The translations under genes were made by a program, and so were the position numbers. The notes beneath the pieces were generated by a model. That model was not told the DNA's origin. It worked only from the letters and a program-made list of their open reading frames with translations, and searched no databases. Positions 45,479-55,453 of a stretch of 57,417 bases of DNA are shown piece by piece; the stretch's first letter is position 1, and each line of letters starts with the position of its first letter. Source of the stretch: Candidatus Saccharimonadales bacterium (GTDB taxonomy: Bacteria > Patescibacteriota > Microgenomatia > Levybacterales > UBA12049); NCBI GenBank assembly GCA_035478335.1, contig DATIJS010000033.1:1-57417 (forward strand), written 5' to 3'.

Positions 45479-46681
45479 CTACTTGATTGAGGAAATTAAT
45501 CCGTAAATCGGAGTAATTATTGAAAAGATCAAGAAACCGACCCCAACAGCCAAAATAACTATAATCGCAGGTTCAAGAAGCGTTGTAAGGTTTTTTACAG
45601 TCTCGTCCACTTCGCGCTCGAAATATTCCGCTGATCGAATTAATGATTCATCGAGTTTTCCCGTTTGCTCACCTATTTTTACCATCTCAACAACCATCGG
45701 AGGAAATAGGGGAGATGCAGCCATGGCATTTCCCATAGTTATACCTTTTTCTACCCTTTTTGAGATAAGTATAATTGCATCTTTATAGAGAACATTTCCT
45801 ACGACATCAGAACTTTTTACCAGCGAATCAACAACCAAAGTCCCGGATCCTACCAATAATCCAAGAGTTCTTGTAAATTCAGCCATCATTGTCTGCATTG
45901 TTAGCTTTCCAAAAAGAGGAGTTTTTAGAATAAGACTATCCATGATAAATTTACCTGCTTCGGTTTTGCGCCATTTGCGAAAGTAATAAACGCTGACAAA
46001 AAATCCAATTATTATGATATACCATGCTTTTCCAAAGAACGATGAGATACCCAATACAATTCTTGTTGATAACGGCAAGGGTATATTTATTCCCTCGTAA
46101 AGTGTATTAAGCTGTGGCATAACAAAAATAGACATAACCATGACTACAAGTATCATTATAATGATAACAATTGCCGGATACATAAGAGCGCCTTTTATTT
46201 TCCTTTGAAGCTTATCCTGCTTTTCAAGATTTTCAGCAAGCCTAAGCAGAACCTTGTCTAAAAGCCCTGAGGATTCGGATGTTTTGATCAGGGACACATA
46301 AATAGGAGGAAAAACATCAGGATGTTTCTGCAGAGTTGTTGAAAATATCTTACCTCCTTCAACGCCTGAAATAATTTCCTGAACTATCTCAGACATTACT
46401 TGATTTTGAATCTGACTTCTTACAATCTCCAATGACTGCATAAGCGTTAATCCGGAAGAAAGCATACTTGAAACCTGCCTTGTAAAAAAAACAAGGTCTT
46501 GAAGCTTTGGTTTGGCTAAAAAATTTAAATTCTTAAACCCTCTTTTGGAGGCAGGAACAATTTTAATTGGAGTAAGCTTCTGATTTCTTAGATATTCAGA
46601 TACCTCATGGACATCCTTTGCATCAATTAAGCCGGTAATAGCATTGCCATCAGAAGAAATAGCTCGATAATATAATTTCAT
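45479..46681 (-). CDS. pilC: Type IV pilus platform protein PilC (GspF family)
   Basis: It has two GspF repeats and three TM segments in 400 aa. Confidence 0.88.
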   Translation of the reverse strand: MKLYYRAISSDGNAITGLIDAKDVHEVSEYLRNQKLTPIKIVPASKRGFKNLNFLAKPKLQDLVFFTRQVSSMLSSGLTLMQSLEIVRSQIQNQVMSEIVQEIISGVEGGKIFSTTLQKHPDVFPPIYVSLIKTSESSGLLDKVLLRLAENLEKQDKLQRKIKGALMYPAIVIIIMILVVMVMSIFVMPQLNTLYEGINIPLPLSTRIVLGISSFFGKAWYIIIIGFFVSVYYFRKWRKTEAGKFIMDSLILKTPLFGKLTMQTMMAEFTRTLGLLVGSGTLVVDSLVKSSDVVGNVLYKDAIILISKRVEKGITMGNAMAASPLFPPMVVEMVKIGEQTGKLDESLIRSAEYFEREVDETVKNLTTLLEPAIIVILAVGVGFLIFSIITPIYGLISSIK

Positions 46682-46756
46682 AATATAAGACTGTGTGAGG
46701 AATTAAAAGCTAAATACATTAATGTTCAGACAAGCATGATAGATACTCTTTTTCAG

Positions 46757-47824
46757 CTATCCGATTAACCTCAGCAATTCTCCCTCACGCAAAGTGTAAG
46801 ATCTAGCATCATCAAGAGAGACAGCACCGCTTCTTACAAGCTGAGCTAATGATTCATCAAGAGTAGACATACCCAAATCTTTAGATGTTTGAATTACGGA
46901 ATCAATAAGATGAGACTTCCCGTCTCTTATATTGCTGGCAATCGCCGATGTTCCAAGCATTATTTCAACAGCCGGAACTCTACCCCCCCCAATCTTTGTA
47001 AGAAGCCTTTGAGAAATAATTCCTTTAAGCGTTGCTGCAAGCTGTATCCTGATTTGAGATCTTTGATCTGAGGAAAATGAATCAACAATGCGATCAATGC
47101 TTTGCGAAGCTGAATTTGTATGAAGCGTTGAGAAAACTAAATGCCCAGTTTCTGCAAGAGTAATTGCTGCCTGCATAGTCTCCGGATCCCTCATTTCTCC
47201 AACCAAAACAACATCCGGATCTTCGCGCAAAGATGATCGTAATGCCATATTCCAGGAATGAGTATCAGTACCCATCTCGCGTTGAGATATAATACTGTTT
47301 CCCTTGGGATAGACAAATTCAATTGGATCTTCAATTGTCAATATATGAAGTGATCTGTTCATGTTAATTTCGTTTAGAATTGCAGCAAGCGTTGTCGACT
47401 TTCCATGCCCCGTTGGTCCGGCAACGATAACAAAGCCCTGTCTTAATTTGGAAAAATTGTGGCAGATTTTTGGAAGTCCGAGTTGATCAATGGAACGGAC
47501 GCTTGGAGTAAGAAAACGCAAAACAGCCGATATTGTTCCCCTCTGAAAATATACATTCACTCTAAACCTTCCCAATTCTACTTCCGGAACTTCTGAAAAA
47601 CTGAATGAAAAATCAAGCTCCTTATTTGTCAAAAATAACTCTTTCTGCTCTGGTGTTAAAAGTGAATAAACCATCGTCTCTATTTCAGTTTCTTTAAGTA
47701 CCGCGCTCGTTGTGAGAGTGCGAAGAATCCCATCAATACGAAAGGTCGGTGCAATGCCAACCATCAAATGAAGATCTGATGCTTTATTTTTAACAGTTAG
47801 TGACAATAATTCTTTAATTTCCAT
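46757..47824 (-). CDS. pilT: Twitching-motility retraction ATPase PilT
   Basis: It has the Walker A GPTGHGKSTT, the Asp box, a His box (TGHLVFSTLHT), and is 355 aa. Confidence 0.88.
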   Translation of the reverse strand: MEIKELLSLTVKNKASDLHLMVGIAPTFRIDGILRTLTTSAVLKETEIETMVYSLLTPEQKELFLTNKELDFSFSFSEVPEVELGRFRVNVYFQRGTISAVLRFLTPSVRSIDQLGLPKICHNFSKLRQGFVIVAGPTGHGKSTTLAAILNEINMNRSLHILTIEDPIEFVYPKGNSIISQREMGTDTHSWNMALRSSLREDPDVVLVGEMRDPETMQAAITLAETGHLVFSTLHTNSASQSIDRIVDSFSSDQRSQIRIQLAATLKGIISQRLLTKIGGGRVPAVEIMLGTSAIASNIRDGKSHLIDSVIQTSKDLGMSTLDESLAQLVRSGAVSLDDARSYTLREGELLRLIG

Positions 47825-47897
47825 ATCCGAGATGAGTGTTGAAAGGTAAATGATGAAAAATTATTTCTCATTTCTCCTCTCTCATTTCTAATTTCCG

Positions 47898-49643
47898 TTA
47901 CTCTTGTGCGACGCGCAATACCTCTTCAATTGTAGTTTCACCACGGACAACTTTCAAATATCCATCCTGTTTGAGGGTAATCATTCCATCTGCAATTGCC
48001 TGTTTTTCAATACTCGTATTGTCTGTTTGGGTTATTATCAGGTGCGATATTTTTTCACTAGCCGGCATTACCTCATAAATTCCGATACGTCCTACATAGC
48101 CCAAATTTTCGCATTTATCGCATCCTTTGCCCCTATACAGTTTTATTTCATCTTTAGCACTCAGCAAATTTCCCAAAACATTTTTTATCTCAATAACAAG
48201 TGCGCTGGGTGGTACAAACTCAACTTTACACGTTTGACAAATTCTACGAACAATTCTTTGAGCAGCAATTGCATTAATTGTAGATGCAAGAAGAAATGGT
48301 TCAGCTCCAAGATCCACAAGCCGAGGGAGAGCCCCTGCTGCGTTGGAGGTGTGAAGTGTTGAAAATACTAAATGCCCGGTAAGCGCTGCCTGAATTGCCA
48401 AATCCGTTGTTTCCTTATCTCTAATTTCCCCGACAAGAATTATGTTCGGATCTTGCCTAAGAAAGGCACGAAGTCCGGATGCAAAGGTTAATCCAACGGC
48501 CGGATTTATTTGCACCTGATTAACGCCGGGAATTTCATATTCAACCGGATCTTCCAAAGATGCGATATTTACGCGTGTCGTATTTAATCGTGATAACATA
48601 GAATAAAGTGTTGTTGTTTTTCCGCTTCCGGTTGGTCCGCAAACCAAAATTATTCCATGCGCGCGAAGAGTTGCCGTTTCCAAATTTTTTAAAGAATTTC
48701 CAAGCAATCCAAGTTCCTGAAGAGTAGGAACACCACCAGATTTCCGAAGAAGTCTCAAGACTATTTTTTCACCCTTAACGGTAGGAATTGTCGATACACG
48801 CAAATCTACCTCTTCTTTATCTACTTTGAAATTTAAACGGCCATCCTGGGGGATCCTTCTCTCATCTATCTTAAGCTCTGCAAGTATTTTTATCCTTGAC
48901 ACAAGCTGCTCCTCGACGTTTCGTGGAAGACTTAATTTGTCATACAAAATTCCATCAATTCTATATCTTACCCGCACACGCTCTTCCTGAGGCTCAATAT
49001 GAACATCCGATGCCCGTGATGTTACTGCAAACTCAAGAATAGTCGAAACGATTTTTGCAATTGGAGCATCTGTTATGATCTGTCCGATTTGCTTACTGTC
49101 AACAGTACGCTTTGTATTAAATTCTTCAGTTTCCTTAATCGCCTCTGTTACATCACCCACCAAGCCCCGCTGATACTGCTGACCAATAGCGTTCTTAACT
49201 ACTTCGGGATCCGATGCAAAAGTTTTTATATTCAGGCCTGTCTTTTGTCTTACGAATGCAACTGCATCCAAATCCAGTGGGTCTCCCATCGCAATCGAAA
49301 GCACTTTATTTTTTTCATCGTACATAAATGGAATTAGAGAAAGTCTTTCCACAACTCCCTGCGGCAACATACCCAAAGCTGCCGGGGAAAAAGACACACT
49401 GGCAAGATCTATATAATCAATTCCAACCAGTTTTGCTATTGCACGCGCTATCTTATCGTTTGAGATTATATTTGAGTCTTTCAAAATTTCAGTGGGGGAT
49501 TGACCGGTTGATATGCTTTTTACCTGAATATCATCATATTGTTCACGAGTTAATTGACCATCCGCATATAGAATGTCTACTGCAGACTTTGCATCACCAA
49601 CTTGAGGTTGGTTTAATTGAGGTGTTTGAGTCGTATCGGGCAT
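47898..49643 (-). CDS. pilB: Type IV pilus assembly ATPase PilB (GspE family)
   Basis: It has an N-terminal GspE_N-like domain, GPTGSGKTTT, a tetracysteine motif (CQTC...CDKC), and is 581 aa. Confidence 0.9.
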   Translation of the reverse strand: MPDTTQTPQLNQPQVGDAKSAVDILYADGQLTREQYDDIQVKSISTGQSPTEILKDSNIISNDKIARAIAKLVGIDYIDLASVSFSPAALGMLPQGVVERLSLIPFMYDEKNKVLSIAMGDPLDLDAVAFVRQKTGLNIKTFASDPEVVKNAIGQQYQRGLVGDVTEAIKETEEFNTKRTVDSKQIGQIITDAPIAKIVSTILEFAVTSRASDVHIEPQEERVRVRYRIDGILYDKLSLPRNVEEQLVSRIKILAELKIDERRIPQDGRLNFKVDKEEVDLRVSTIPTVKGEKIVLRLLRKSGGVPTLQELGLLGNSLKNLETATLRAHGIILVCGPTGSGKTTTLYSMLSRLNTTRVNIASLEDPVEYEIPGVNQVQINPAVGLTFASGLRAFLRQDPNIILVGEIRDKETTDLAIQAALTGHLVFSTLHTSNAAGALPRLVDLGAEPFLLASTINAIAAQRIVRRICQTCKVEFVPPSALVIEIKNVLGNLLSAKDEIKLYRGKGCDKCENLGYVGRIGIYEVMPASEKISHLIITQTDNTSIEKQAIADGMITLKQDGYLKVVRGETTIEEVLRVAQE

Positions 49644-49672
49644 TACTATTAGTGTATAATAAACTATATTTT

Positions 49673-50362
49673 ATGACAAGCTTTGTTATCGCTTCAAAGG
49701 ATAAAAATAAACGCTCTGCATATATAGATGAGTATTGCCGTGAATTAAATATCGATAAATTTGATATAACTCTTATTGAAAAAAACGCTTCAGGCAAAAA
49801 CATCAGCAGTATTGGAATTGATGATATAAAAGATATCCACAAAAATATCTTCTTAAAACCGATAATATCAACTTTTAAGGCAGTAATTCTGGACGATGCA
49901 CAGCTTTTGACACATCAAGCGCAAAATGCGCTTTTAAAAGTTCTCGAAGAGCCGCCCGCTCACACGATCATTATTTTAAGCGTCGATACTACTGAATCTC
50001 TTCTGCCGACAATTCTCTCCCGATGCCAGGTTATTGAGTTGGCAACTGAGAAAATCAGTTTATCATCTAGCGAAACCGCAGAGTTTTTCCAATTTATAGA
50101 TAATCTAAAAAATATGAAAATAGGGGACAAACTCAAAAAAGCAGAAGAATTGGCAAAGGATAAAGATAGCACTGTTGAATGGTTTGGAAAACTAATCCTG
50201 GTTCTTAGAGATAAAATTCTAGGACAAGCTCGTGATACCCTTGATACTCGTGGTACCCGTGATACTCTCAACGCAATGCAATCCCTCCATACGCTTCTCA
50301 AAACTACCAACATCAATCCCCGCATGGCAATCGAAAATACACTGCTAATCCTTAATTCTTAA
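49673..50362 (+). CDS. holB: DNA polymerase III delta-prime subunit (short)
   Basis: It reads AVILDDAQLLTHQAQNALLKVLEEPP...LPTILSRCQ. The start is ATG 49673; the ORF-track start at 49328 overlaps pilB antisense. Confidence 0.8.
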   Translation: MTSFVIASKDKNKRSAYIDEYCRELNIDKFDITLIEKNASGKNISSIGIDDIKDIHKNIFLKPIISTFKAVILDDAQLLTHQAQNALLKVLEEPPAHTIIILSVDTTESLLPTILSRCQVIELATEKISLSSSETAEFFQFIDNLKNMKIGDKLKKAEELAKDKDSTVEWFGKLILVLRDKILGQARDTLDTRGTRDTLNAMQSLHTLLKTTNINPRMAIENTLLILNS

Positions 50363-50402
50363 AATCTTTAATATTAAATCCAAGTTGTGTTAAAATACCT
50401 TC

Positions 50403-51590
50403 ATGAACCTCGCATACAGAATGCGTCCTCAAAATTTTGAAGAATTCGTAGGACAAGCTGATTTGGTCGGAAAAGACAAAATTCTCAGAAAGATGCTTGA
50501 GAGCAAACAGCTTTCATCTATGATCCTGTGGGGACCACCAGGATCAGGTAAGACAACGCTCGCTCATCTCGTGGCGAGAGCAACCAATGCCGACTTTCAC
50601 CACCTCTCAGCAGTTGAAGCAAGTAAAGCTGACCTTCGGGAAATCGTAAAACAAGCTGAAATATCTTTAAAGAAGAAAAAGCGGACTATACTTTTCATTG
50701 ATGAAATTCATAGATGGAATAAGGCGCAACAAGATGCTCTATTGCCATATGTTGAATCAGGACTAATCACTTTAATTGGCGCTACTACAGAAAATCCTTC
50801 TTTTGAAGTAATTAGTGCTCTTTTATCCAGAACCAGAATATTTGTTTTAAAAAGTTTGGAGCAAAAAGATCTGGAGAAAATTATTGATGCTGCACTGACT
50901 GATAAAAATAGGGGACTCGGAAAATTTAAGAAGAAGATAGACCCTGAAGCGCTTGAATTATTAATCCGTCTTTCTGGCGGTGACGCACGCATAATGCTAA
51001 ATGCATTGGAAATGGCAGTGACAACTTACAAAGAGAAAAAGATAAACATAGAAATAATAAAAGAAATTTTCCAGACAAGATCCGCTGGACTATATGATAA
51101 AAAAGCTGATGAACATTACACCACCATCAGTTCATATATTAAGTCCATGAGAGCCTCAAATGTTGATGCTTCCCTCTATTATTTAGCACGAATGGTGGAA
51201 GGTGGGGAAGACCCGAAGTTCATTGCTAGAAGAATGGTGATATTTGCATCAGAAGATATTGGTATGGCACTTCCCACAGCCCTCGTAGTCGCAAATGCGG
51301 TATTCAGAGCTTGCGAAACGATTGGATATCCAGAATGCGTAATAAATCTAGCCCACGGCACTGTATATCTCGCAAAAGCTAAAAAGGATAGAAGCTCTTA
51401 TGACGCATACAACCGAGCTTTAGAGGATGTCAAAAACTTCCCCAATGAACCGATTCCCCTCAAGCTACGCAACGCTCCTACAAAGCTGATGAAAAATCTG
51501 GATTACGGAAAAGATTATGAAATGTATTCTAAGGAAGATTTGCTTCCTGAAAAGTTAAAGGGAAGAAAGTACTACAAAGAAATTAAATAA
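50403..51590 (+). CDS. rarA: Replication-associated recombination protein A (AAA+ ATPase)
   Basis: It has GPPGSGKTTLA, FIDEIHRWNKAQQDALLP, and the MgsA C-terminal domain (YDKKADEHY). Confidence 0.92.
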   Translation: MNLAYRMRPQNFEEFVGQADLVGKDKILRKMLESKQLSSMILWGPPGSGKTTLAHLVARATNADFHHLSAVEASKADLREIVKQAEISLKKKKRTILFIDEIHRWNKAQQDALLPYVESGLITLIGATTENPSFEVISALLSRTRIFVLKSLEQKDLEKIIDAALTDKNRGLGKFKKKIDPEALELLIRLSGGDARIMLNALEMAVTTYKEKKINIEIIKEIFQTRSAGLYDKKADEHYTTISSYIKSMRASNVDASLYYLARMVEGGEDPKFIARRMVIFASEDIGMALPTALVVANAVFRACETIGYPECVINLAHGTVYLAKAKKDRSSYDAYNRALEDVKNFPNEPIPLKLRNAPTKLMKNLDYGKDYEMYSKEDLLPEKLKGRKYYKEIK

Positions 51591-51612
51591 ATGCAGTTTG
51601 TTGTTACGGGTT

Positions 51613-52584
51613 TTATTGCTTTTCTTCAATGAGTCTAGATGCTACTGGTTTTAAAAGATATTGACCGCCAGCTTTTATAACAGAATGATTTGCGTCAAGA
51701 TCCATTGTAAGAGTTGTCGTTTGGCCGGCAGATATTGTAAAAGAGCGATTAATTTTAACTACATTGTCTCTTCCCAGAATAGTAAGCGGGACTATAGTGC
51801 CTTCCGCAAATGCGGCTGTTGCGCTGCTAACATATAATCTGACTTCTGTGTAGCGACCGGCAGCAAGTTGCGTTAAGCCAAGCTGTGCAAAATCTTTAGT
51901 TTTTGCCAAATTTACAAGATCAACAGTAAATGGTGTTGTGATATTTAGTGTTTCCCAATGATCCACATTTTTTCCACCCACTGGAGAGGGAGAAATACTT
52001 GGTTTTACCTTCGCACTTGAGCTAGACTTTAAATCCTTATTATCTTTAGGATCTCCCTGATAGCTCATATGCACCTCAACTTTGGTAATAGTCAAATTAA
52101 GAGCAGATACATTTTGTGGTCCATTTTTGCGAGTTGCAGAAGGGGAGGGACTTGCTCCACTCTGAATAGGAGTAGAGGGCGTCTCTGTTGGATTTATTGG
52201 AGTGCTGTCAGTGGGCCTGTTGCCCTGATTGCCTGGCTTTTCAGGTTTATCTTTTTGTGGCGGATCAATAACTTTAAATAGCAAATTCCCTTTTAAATCG
52301 GAAGGGAGCGCATTGGATGCATTTCCGTACCAGGTAGCAGGACCCATTGTTCCGTCTGGATTGTTTGTCTCTACTATTTCACTTGCGCTATTTAAATTAG
52401 TGATTGCATTCGCAGGTAGCTGCTGAGGGCCAGCGGCGTTATTAAACCAACTGGTTTTTTGTGAAACCATAACAACAGCAAACACAATTCCAATAATTAA
52501 AACTCCGAGAAATAAACGTGAATTAATATATCCACCCTTTTGCGTTTTACTTGTTGCCATATATGTATATTGTATTCTCATCAA
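51613..52584 (-). CDS. Membrane-anchored secreted protein with P/S/T-rich linker and DUF4382-like beta domain
   Basis: It has one N-terminal TM helix. The C-terminal pattern (GRYTEVRLYV...LTMDLDANHSV...GQYLLKPV) resembles DUF4382. The start is uncertain (52584 or 52557). Confidence 0.55.
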   Translation of the reverse strand: MMRIQYTYMATSKTQKGGYINSRLFLGVLIIGIVFAVVMVSQKTSWFNNAAGPQQLPANAITNLNSASEIVETNNPDGTMGPATWYGNASNALPSDLKGNLLFKVIDPPQKDKPEKPGNQGNRPTDSTPINPTETPSTPIQSGASPSPSATRKNGPQNVSALNLTITKVEVHMSYQGDPKDNKDLKSSSSAKVKPSISPSPVGGKNVDHWETLNITTPFTVDLVNLAKTKDFAQLGLTQLAAGRYTEVRLYVSSATAAFAEGTIVPLTILGRDNVVKINRSFTISAGQTTTLTMDLDANHSVIKAGGQYLLKPVASRLIEEKQ

Positions 52585-52667
52585 TTTTCTTTTGTCAAGT
52601 TCGTTGTTTTATTTGCCATTTAGATCTTTCCACATATGTTGCAGAAATCAGTATTATTCATACTACA

Positions 52668-53786
52668 TTAACTATCCATTTCCACAAGCATATTTCGTCC
52701 TCCTGTTTGATTAAATCTCATTATCAAAACTATACTTACTATTATAAATATTATATTTAGAACTGTTGTGTAGTTAAATTCAATTCCTGAGATTGGTGTG
52801 ATAATATTTCTTTTTGTTGGGATTATTCCCAGTGTTCCAAAAATTAATTCTGTAATATATCCGGCCCCAGCCATAGTTATATAGAAAGAAAAAAGGATAT
52901 AAAACATAGCTTTCAAACCATAATACTTACGATAAATATTGAGAATCGGAAGAACTATCAGATCTGCAAAAATAAAACTAATTACACCACCAAAACTTAT
53001 CCCACCTTGCCACAAGACTGCAGCAAGCGGGATATTTCCAACAGAACATACGAAACTGATAACGGATACAATCGGGCCAATCAATGGTCCCCAGATAAAT
53101 GCCAATTTTGGATCATTGGAGATGAAAAACACTCTCCAAAAACTATCAGGAACCCAAGCAGACAGCGCCCCCGCAAATATAAAACCAAGTAGGATATCTT
53201 TATATACCATTGCCCAATCCATAACAAAGTAGTAACTAATCGTCGTAAAACCTTTTTTACTAAAAATTCGTGATATTATACTTCCACCCGTTATACTCAT
53301 ATCCATCTCGGCATGATTTTCCATTCGTCCTGTTAAACCTTTTTCAATTTGCTTTTTGATTGATTTCTCTAGATTTTGACTAAATGTAAATCTTACGATT
53401 ATAGAAAAGAGGACAATCATGATAATCCCTCCGAGTATTTCAGCTAACGCAAATTGCCAACCCATCAGAATATATAGCACTATTCCAAGCTCTATCACAA
53501 GATTGGTTGATGCTATCTCAAAGATCATCGCATTTGCAAAACCTGCGCCTTTTTTATAAAGCGATTTTGACAAAGCAACAGCCGCATAAGAACATGAACT
53601 TGAAATTGCACCAAAAAAAGTTGCTAGAGAGATGCTTTTCAGTGAATTTCCACCGAGTGATTTTTTCAAAGCATTCTGAGGAACAAGTGATTGAATAATT
53701 GCTGATAACAAAAAACCCAAAAAAAGAGGCCACAAAACTTCCCAGAACATTGAGAATGAAAAATAAAGAACTCTAATTAAAATCAT
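52668..53786 (-). CDS. Predicted permease (COG0701/ArsP-like family)
   Basis: It is polytopic, with FFGAISSSCSYAAVAL and VCSVGNIPLAAVL motifs. Confidence 0.65.
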   Translation of the reverse strand: MILIRVLYFSFSMFWEVLWPLFLGFLLSAIIQSLVPQNALKKSLGGNSLKSISLATFFGAISSSCSYAAVALSKSLYKKGAGFANAMIFEIASTNLVIELGIVLYILMGWQFALAEILGGIIMIVLFSIIVRFTFSQNLEKSIKKQIEKGLTGRMENHAEMDMSITGGSIISRIFSKKGFTTISYYFVMDWAMVYKDILLGFIFAGALSAWVPDSFWRVFFISNDPKLAFIWGPLIGPIVSVISFVCSVGNIPLAAVLWQGGISFGGVISFIFADLIVLPILNIYRKYYGLKAMFYILFSFYITMAGAGYITELIFGTLGIIPTKRNIITPISGIEFNYTTVLNIIFIIVSIVLIMRFNQTGGRNMLVEMDS

Positions 53787-53816
53787 AATATTATAGTTTA
53801 AAAAATATTCACTTTC

Positions 53817-54557
53817 TCACTTAATTAAATTTTCCTCAATAAACTTTGCCAGGCCGTTATTGTCAAAAGTATCTGTTATATAATCTGCTGATTTTTTGAG
53901 AACTTCCTGCGCATTTCCCATCGCTACTTTGTACCCAACTGACTCAAAAAGAGGCATATCGTTATTGCCATCACCAACGCCAATTGCTTCTTCTTTTTTG
54001 ACTCCCAAAATCTGAAGAAGCTTTTCTACAGCATGTTTTTTAGTTGCAAGTTTGTGCGTGATATGAATATCTTTCATGCCAGTTGAGATCCATGAAGGCA
54101 GAATATAAATTGCAATACTTGGCAATTTTGAATATGCACTGACCAAATCCTCGAATATTTCATTTTTTGCACTCATAATTACGATAATCGTGGCCGTCTC
54201 TGGAAGTCTGGTGTCAGGTGCGAAAATCTCACCATTAATCGCCATCGTTAAACCATGCTTTCTGGAAATTTCTGCGACTGATTGGATTGCTCCATCTGGC
54301 AATTTTTCCTCCCACAATATTTCTTCTGTTTTCGGATTCATGATTTGTGATCCGCCGCTGATTATGCAAGGATCTGTTATATCCATTGCTTTCCAGACAT
54401 TGCGGCAGTTTTGGACAGAGCGACCGGATGCAGTCGAAACTTTAATTACGTCTTTTGCCTTCTTAACAGCCTCTATTACTGCCTGATTGGGCATACCGTC
54501 AATTACAGAGGGGATAGCCGTAAAATCAAGATCAAAAATAAGTGATTTGTAATTCAT
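53817..54557 (-). CDS. HAD-superfamily hydrolase, Cof type (IIB)
   Basis: It has FDLDFT (DxDxT) and GDGNNDMPLF motifs. Confidence 0.8.
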   Translation of the reverse strand: MNYKSLIFDLDFTAIPSVIDGMPNQAVIEAVKKAKDVIKVSTASGRSVQNCRNVWKAMDITDPCIISGGSQIMNPKTEEILWEEKLPDGAIQSVAEISRKHGLTMAINGEIFAPDTRLPETATIIVIMSAKNEIFEDLVSAYSKLPSIAIYILPSWISTGMKDIHITHKLATKKHAVEKLLQILGVKKEEAIGVGDGNNDMPLFESVGYKVAMGNAQEVLKKSADYITDTFDNNGLAKFIEENLIK

Positions 54558-54560
54558 GAA

Positions 54561-55436
54561 TTAATTTTTATGAAATGAGAAAAATCTTCGGATTCCTGTT
54601 TTTTTATTTTTTTCTTTCAATTGTTGCTCAATAATCAACTCTTCAATTCTGGGTAAAGCTTTTCGGGCTGCTTCTTCACCCGCTTTTATCATAGCTTGAG
54701 CTTTTTTGTTGTCGAAAAAATAATCCCACCCGACAAGACCAGTGTAGGGAGTGTTTGGAGATATGACAATATCTGCTGTTTTGAGTGACTGAAAAGTAAG
54801 ATTGTGTCTGAGGACATTTATAGAATGCATTGGAAGACCTGCCAGTGGCGGTATTTTTGCAACAGGTTCATAAAAATATCCACTCTCTACATTTACCGCA
54901 ATAACGATGTCTGCACCCATTAACCGTACTGCATTTACCGGAACGGGGTCAGACAGGCCACCATCAGCAAGCAATTTGGTTTTGTATTGAACCGGTTGAA
55001 AAATAGGAGGAACAGAGATGCTTGCTCTAATCGACTTTATCAAATCACCATGATTTATCATAACCTCTTTAGCGCTTTTGATATCCGTGGCAATAGCTGA
55101 AAAGGGAATTCTGAGGTTTGAAAATTCTACCCCATCAAGTATTTCAGATATCAACCGCTCGATCTTATTTCCCTTTATCAATCCTCCCCTTAAAACCGGG
55201 TCAAACAGTGCAAATCCCTTACGCTTATTAAAACTAAGTATCAGCTCTTCCAATTTACCAAAATCAGGATTGGCAGCATAATATGCTCCAATTAATGCCC
55301 CAATGCTTGTCCCAGCTATGAAGTCTATATCAATATTCGACTTTTCCAGCACTTTGAGGACTCCGATATGCGCAAGTCCTTTCGCCCCACCCGATCCAAG
55401 CGCCAATCCTATTTTGGGATATTTATTATCACTCAT
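54561..55436 (-). CDS. Patatin-like phospholipase
   Basis: It has GSGGAKG (oxyanion), GTSIG (GxSxG) and DGG motifs. Confidence 0.85.
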   Translation of the reverse strand: MSDNKYPKIGLALGSGGAKGLAHIGVLKVLEKSNIDIDFIAGTSIGALIGAYYAANPDFGKLEELILSFNKRKGFALFDPVLRGGLIKGNKIERLISEILDGVEFSNLRIPFSAIATDIKSAKEVMINHGDLIKSIRASISVPPIFQPVQYKTKLLADGGLSDPVPVNAVRLMGADIVIAVNVESGYFYEPVAKIPPLAGLPMHSINVLRHNLTFQSLKTADIVISPNTPYTGLVGWDYFFDNKKAQAMIKAGEEAARKALPRIEELIIEQQLKEKNKKTGIRRFFSFHKN

Positions 55437-55453
55437 GAGGGTATTATACTGCT

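Noticed and set aside
49328-49672. N-terminal 115 codons of the ORF-track entry 49328..50362
   Set aside because: This part is antisense to the well-supported pilB gene and has no similarity to delta-prime. The delta-prime homology begins at ATG 49673, which is preceded by TGtATAAT.
50221-50270. Near-repeat CGTGATACCCTT / CGTGATACTCTC with a central GGTACC palindrome in holB
   Set aside because: It is a short, imperfect, in-frame repeat (RDTLDTRGTRDTL) in a variable C-terminal region. No functional implication can be supported.
54561-55436. Patatin-like phospholipase as a possible defence (CBASS-type) effector
   Set aside because: No cyclase, nucleotide-sensor, E1/E2 or other defence partner is adjacent. 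The neighbours are a HAD hydrolase and a phosphodiester-glycosidase-like protein, so it is more likely a housekeeping lipase.
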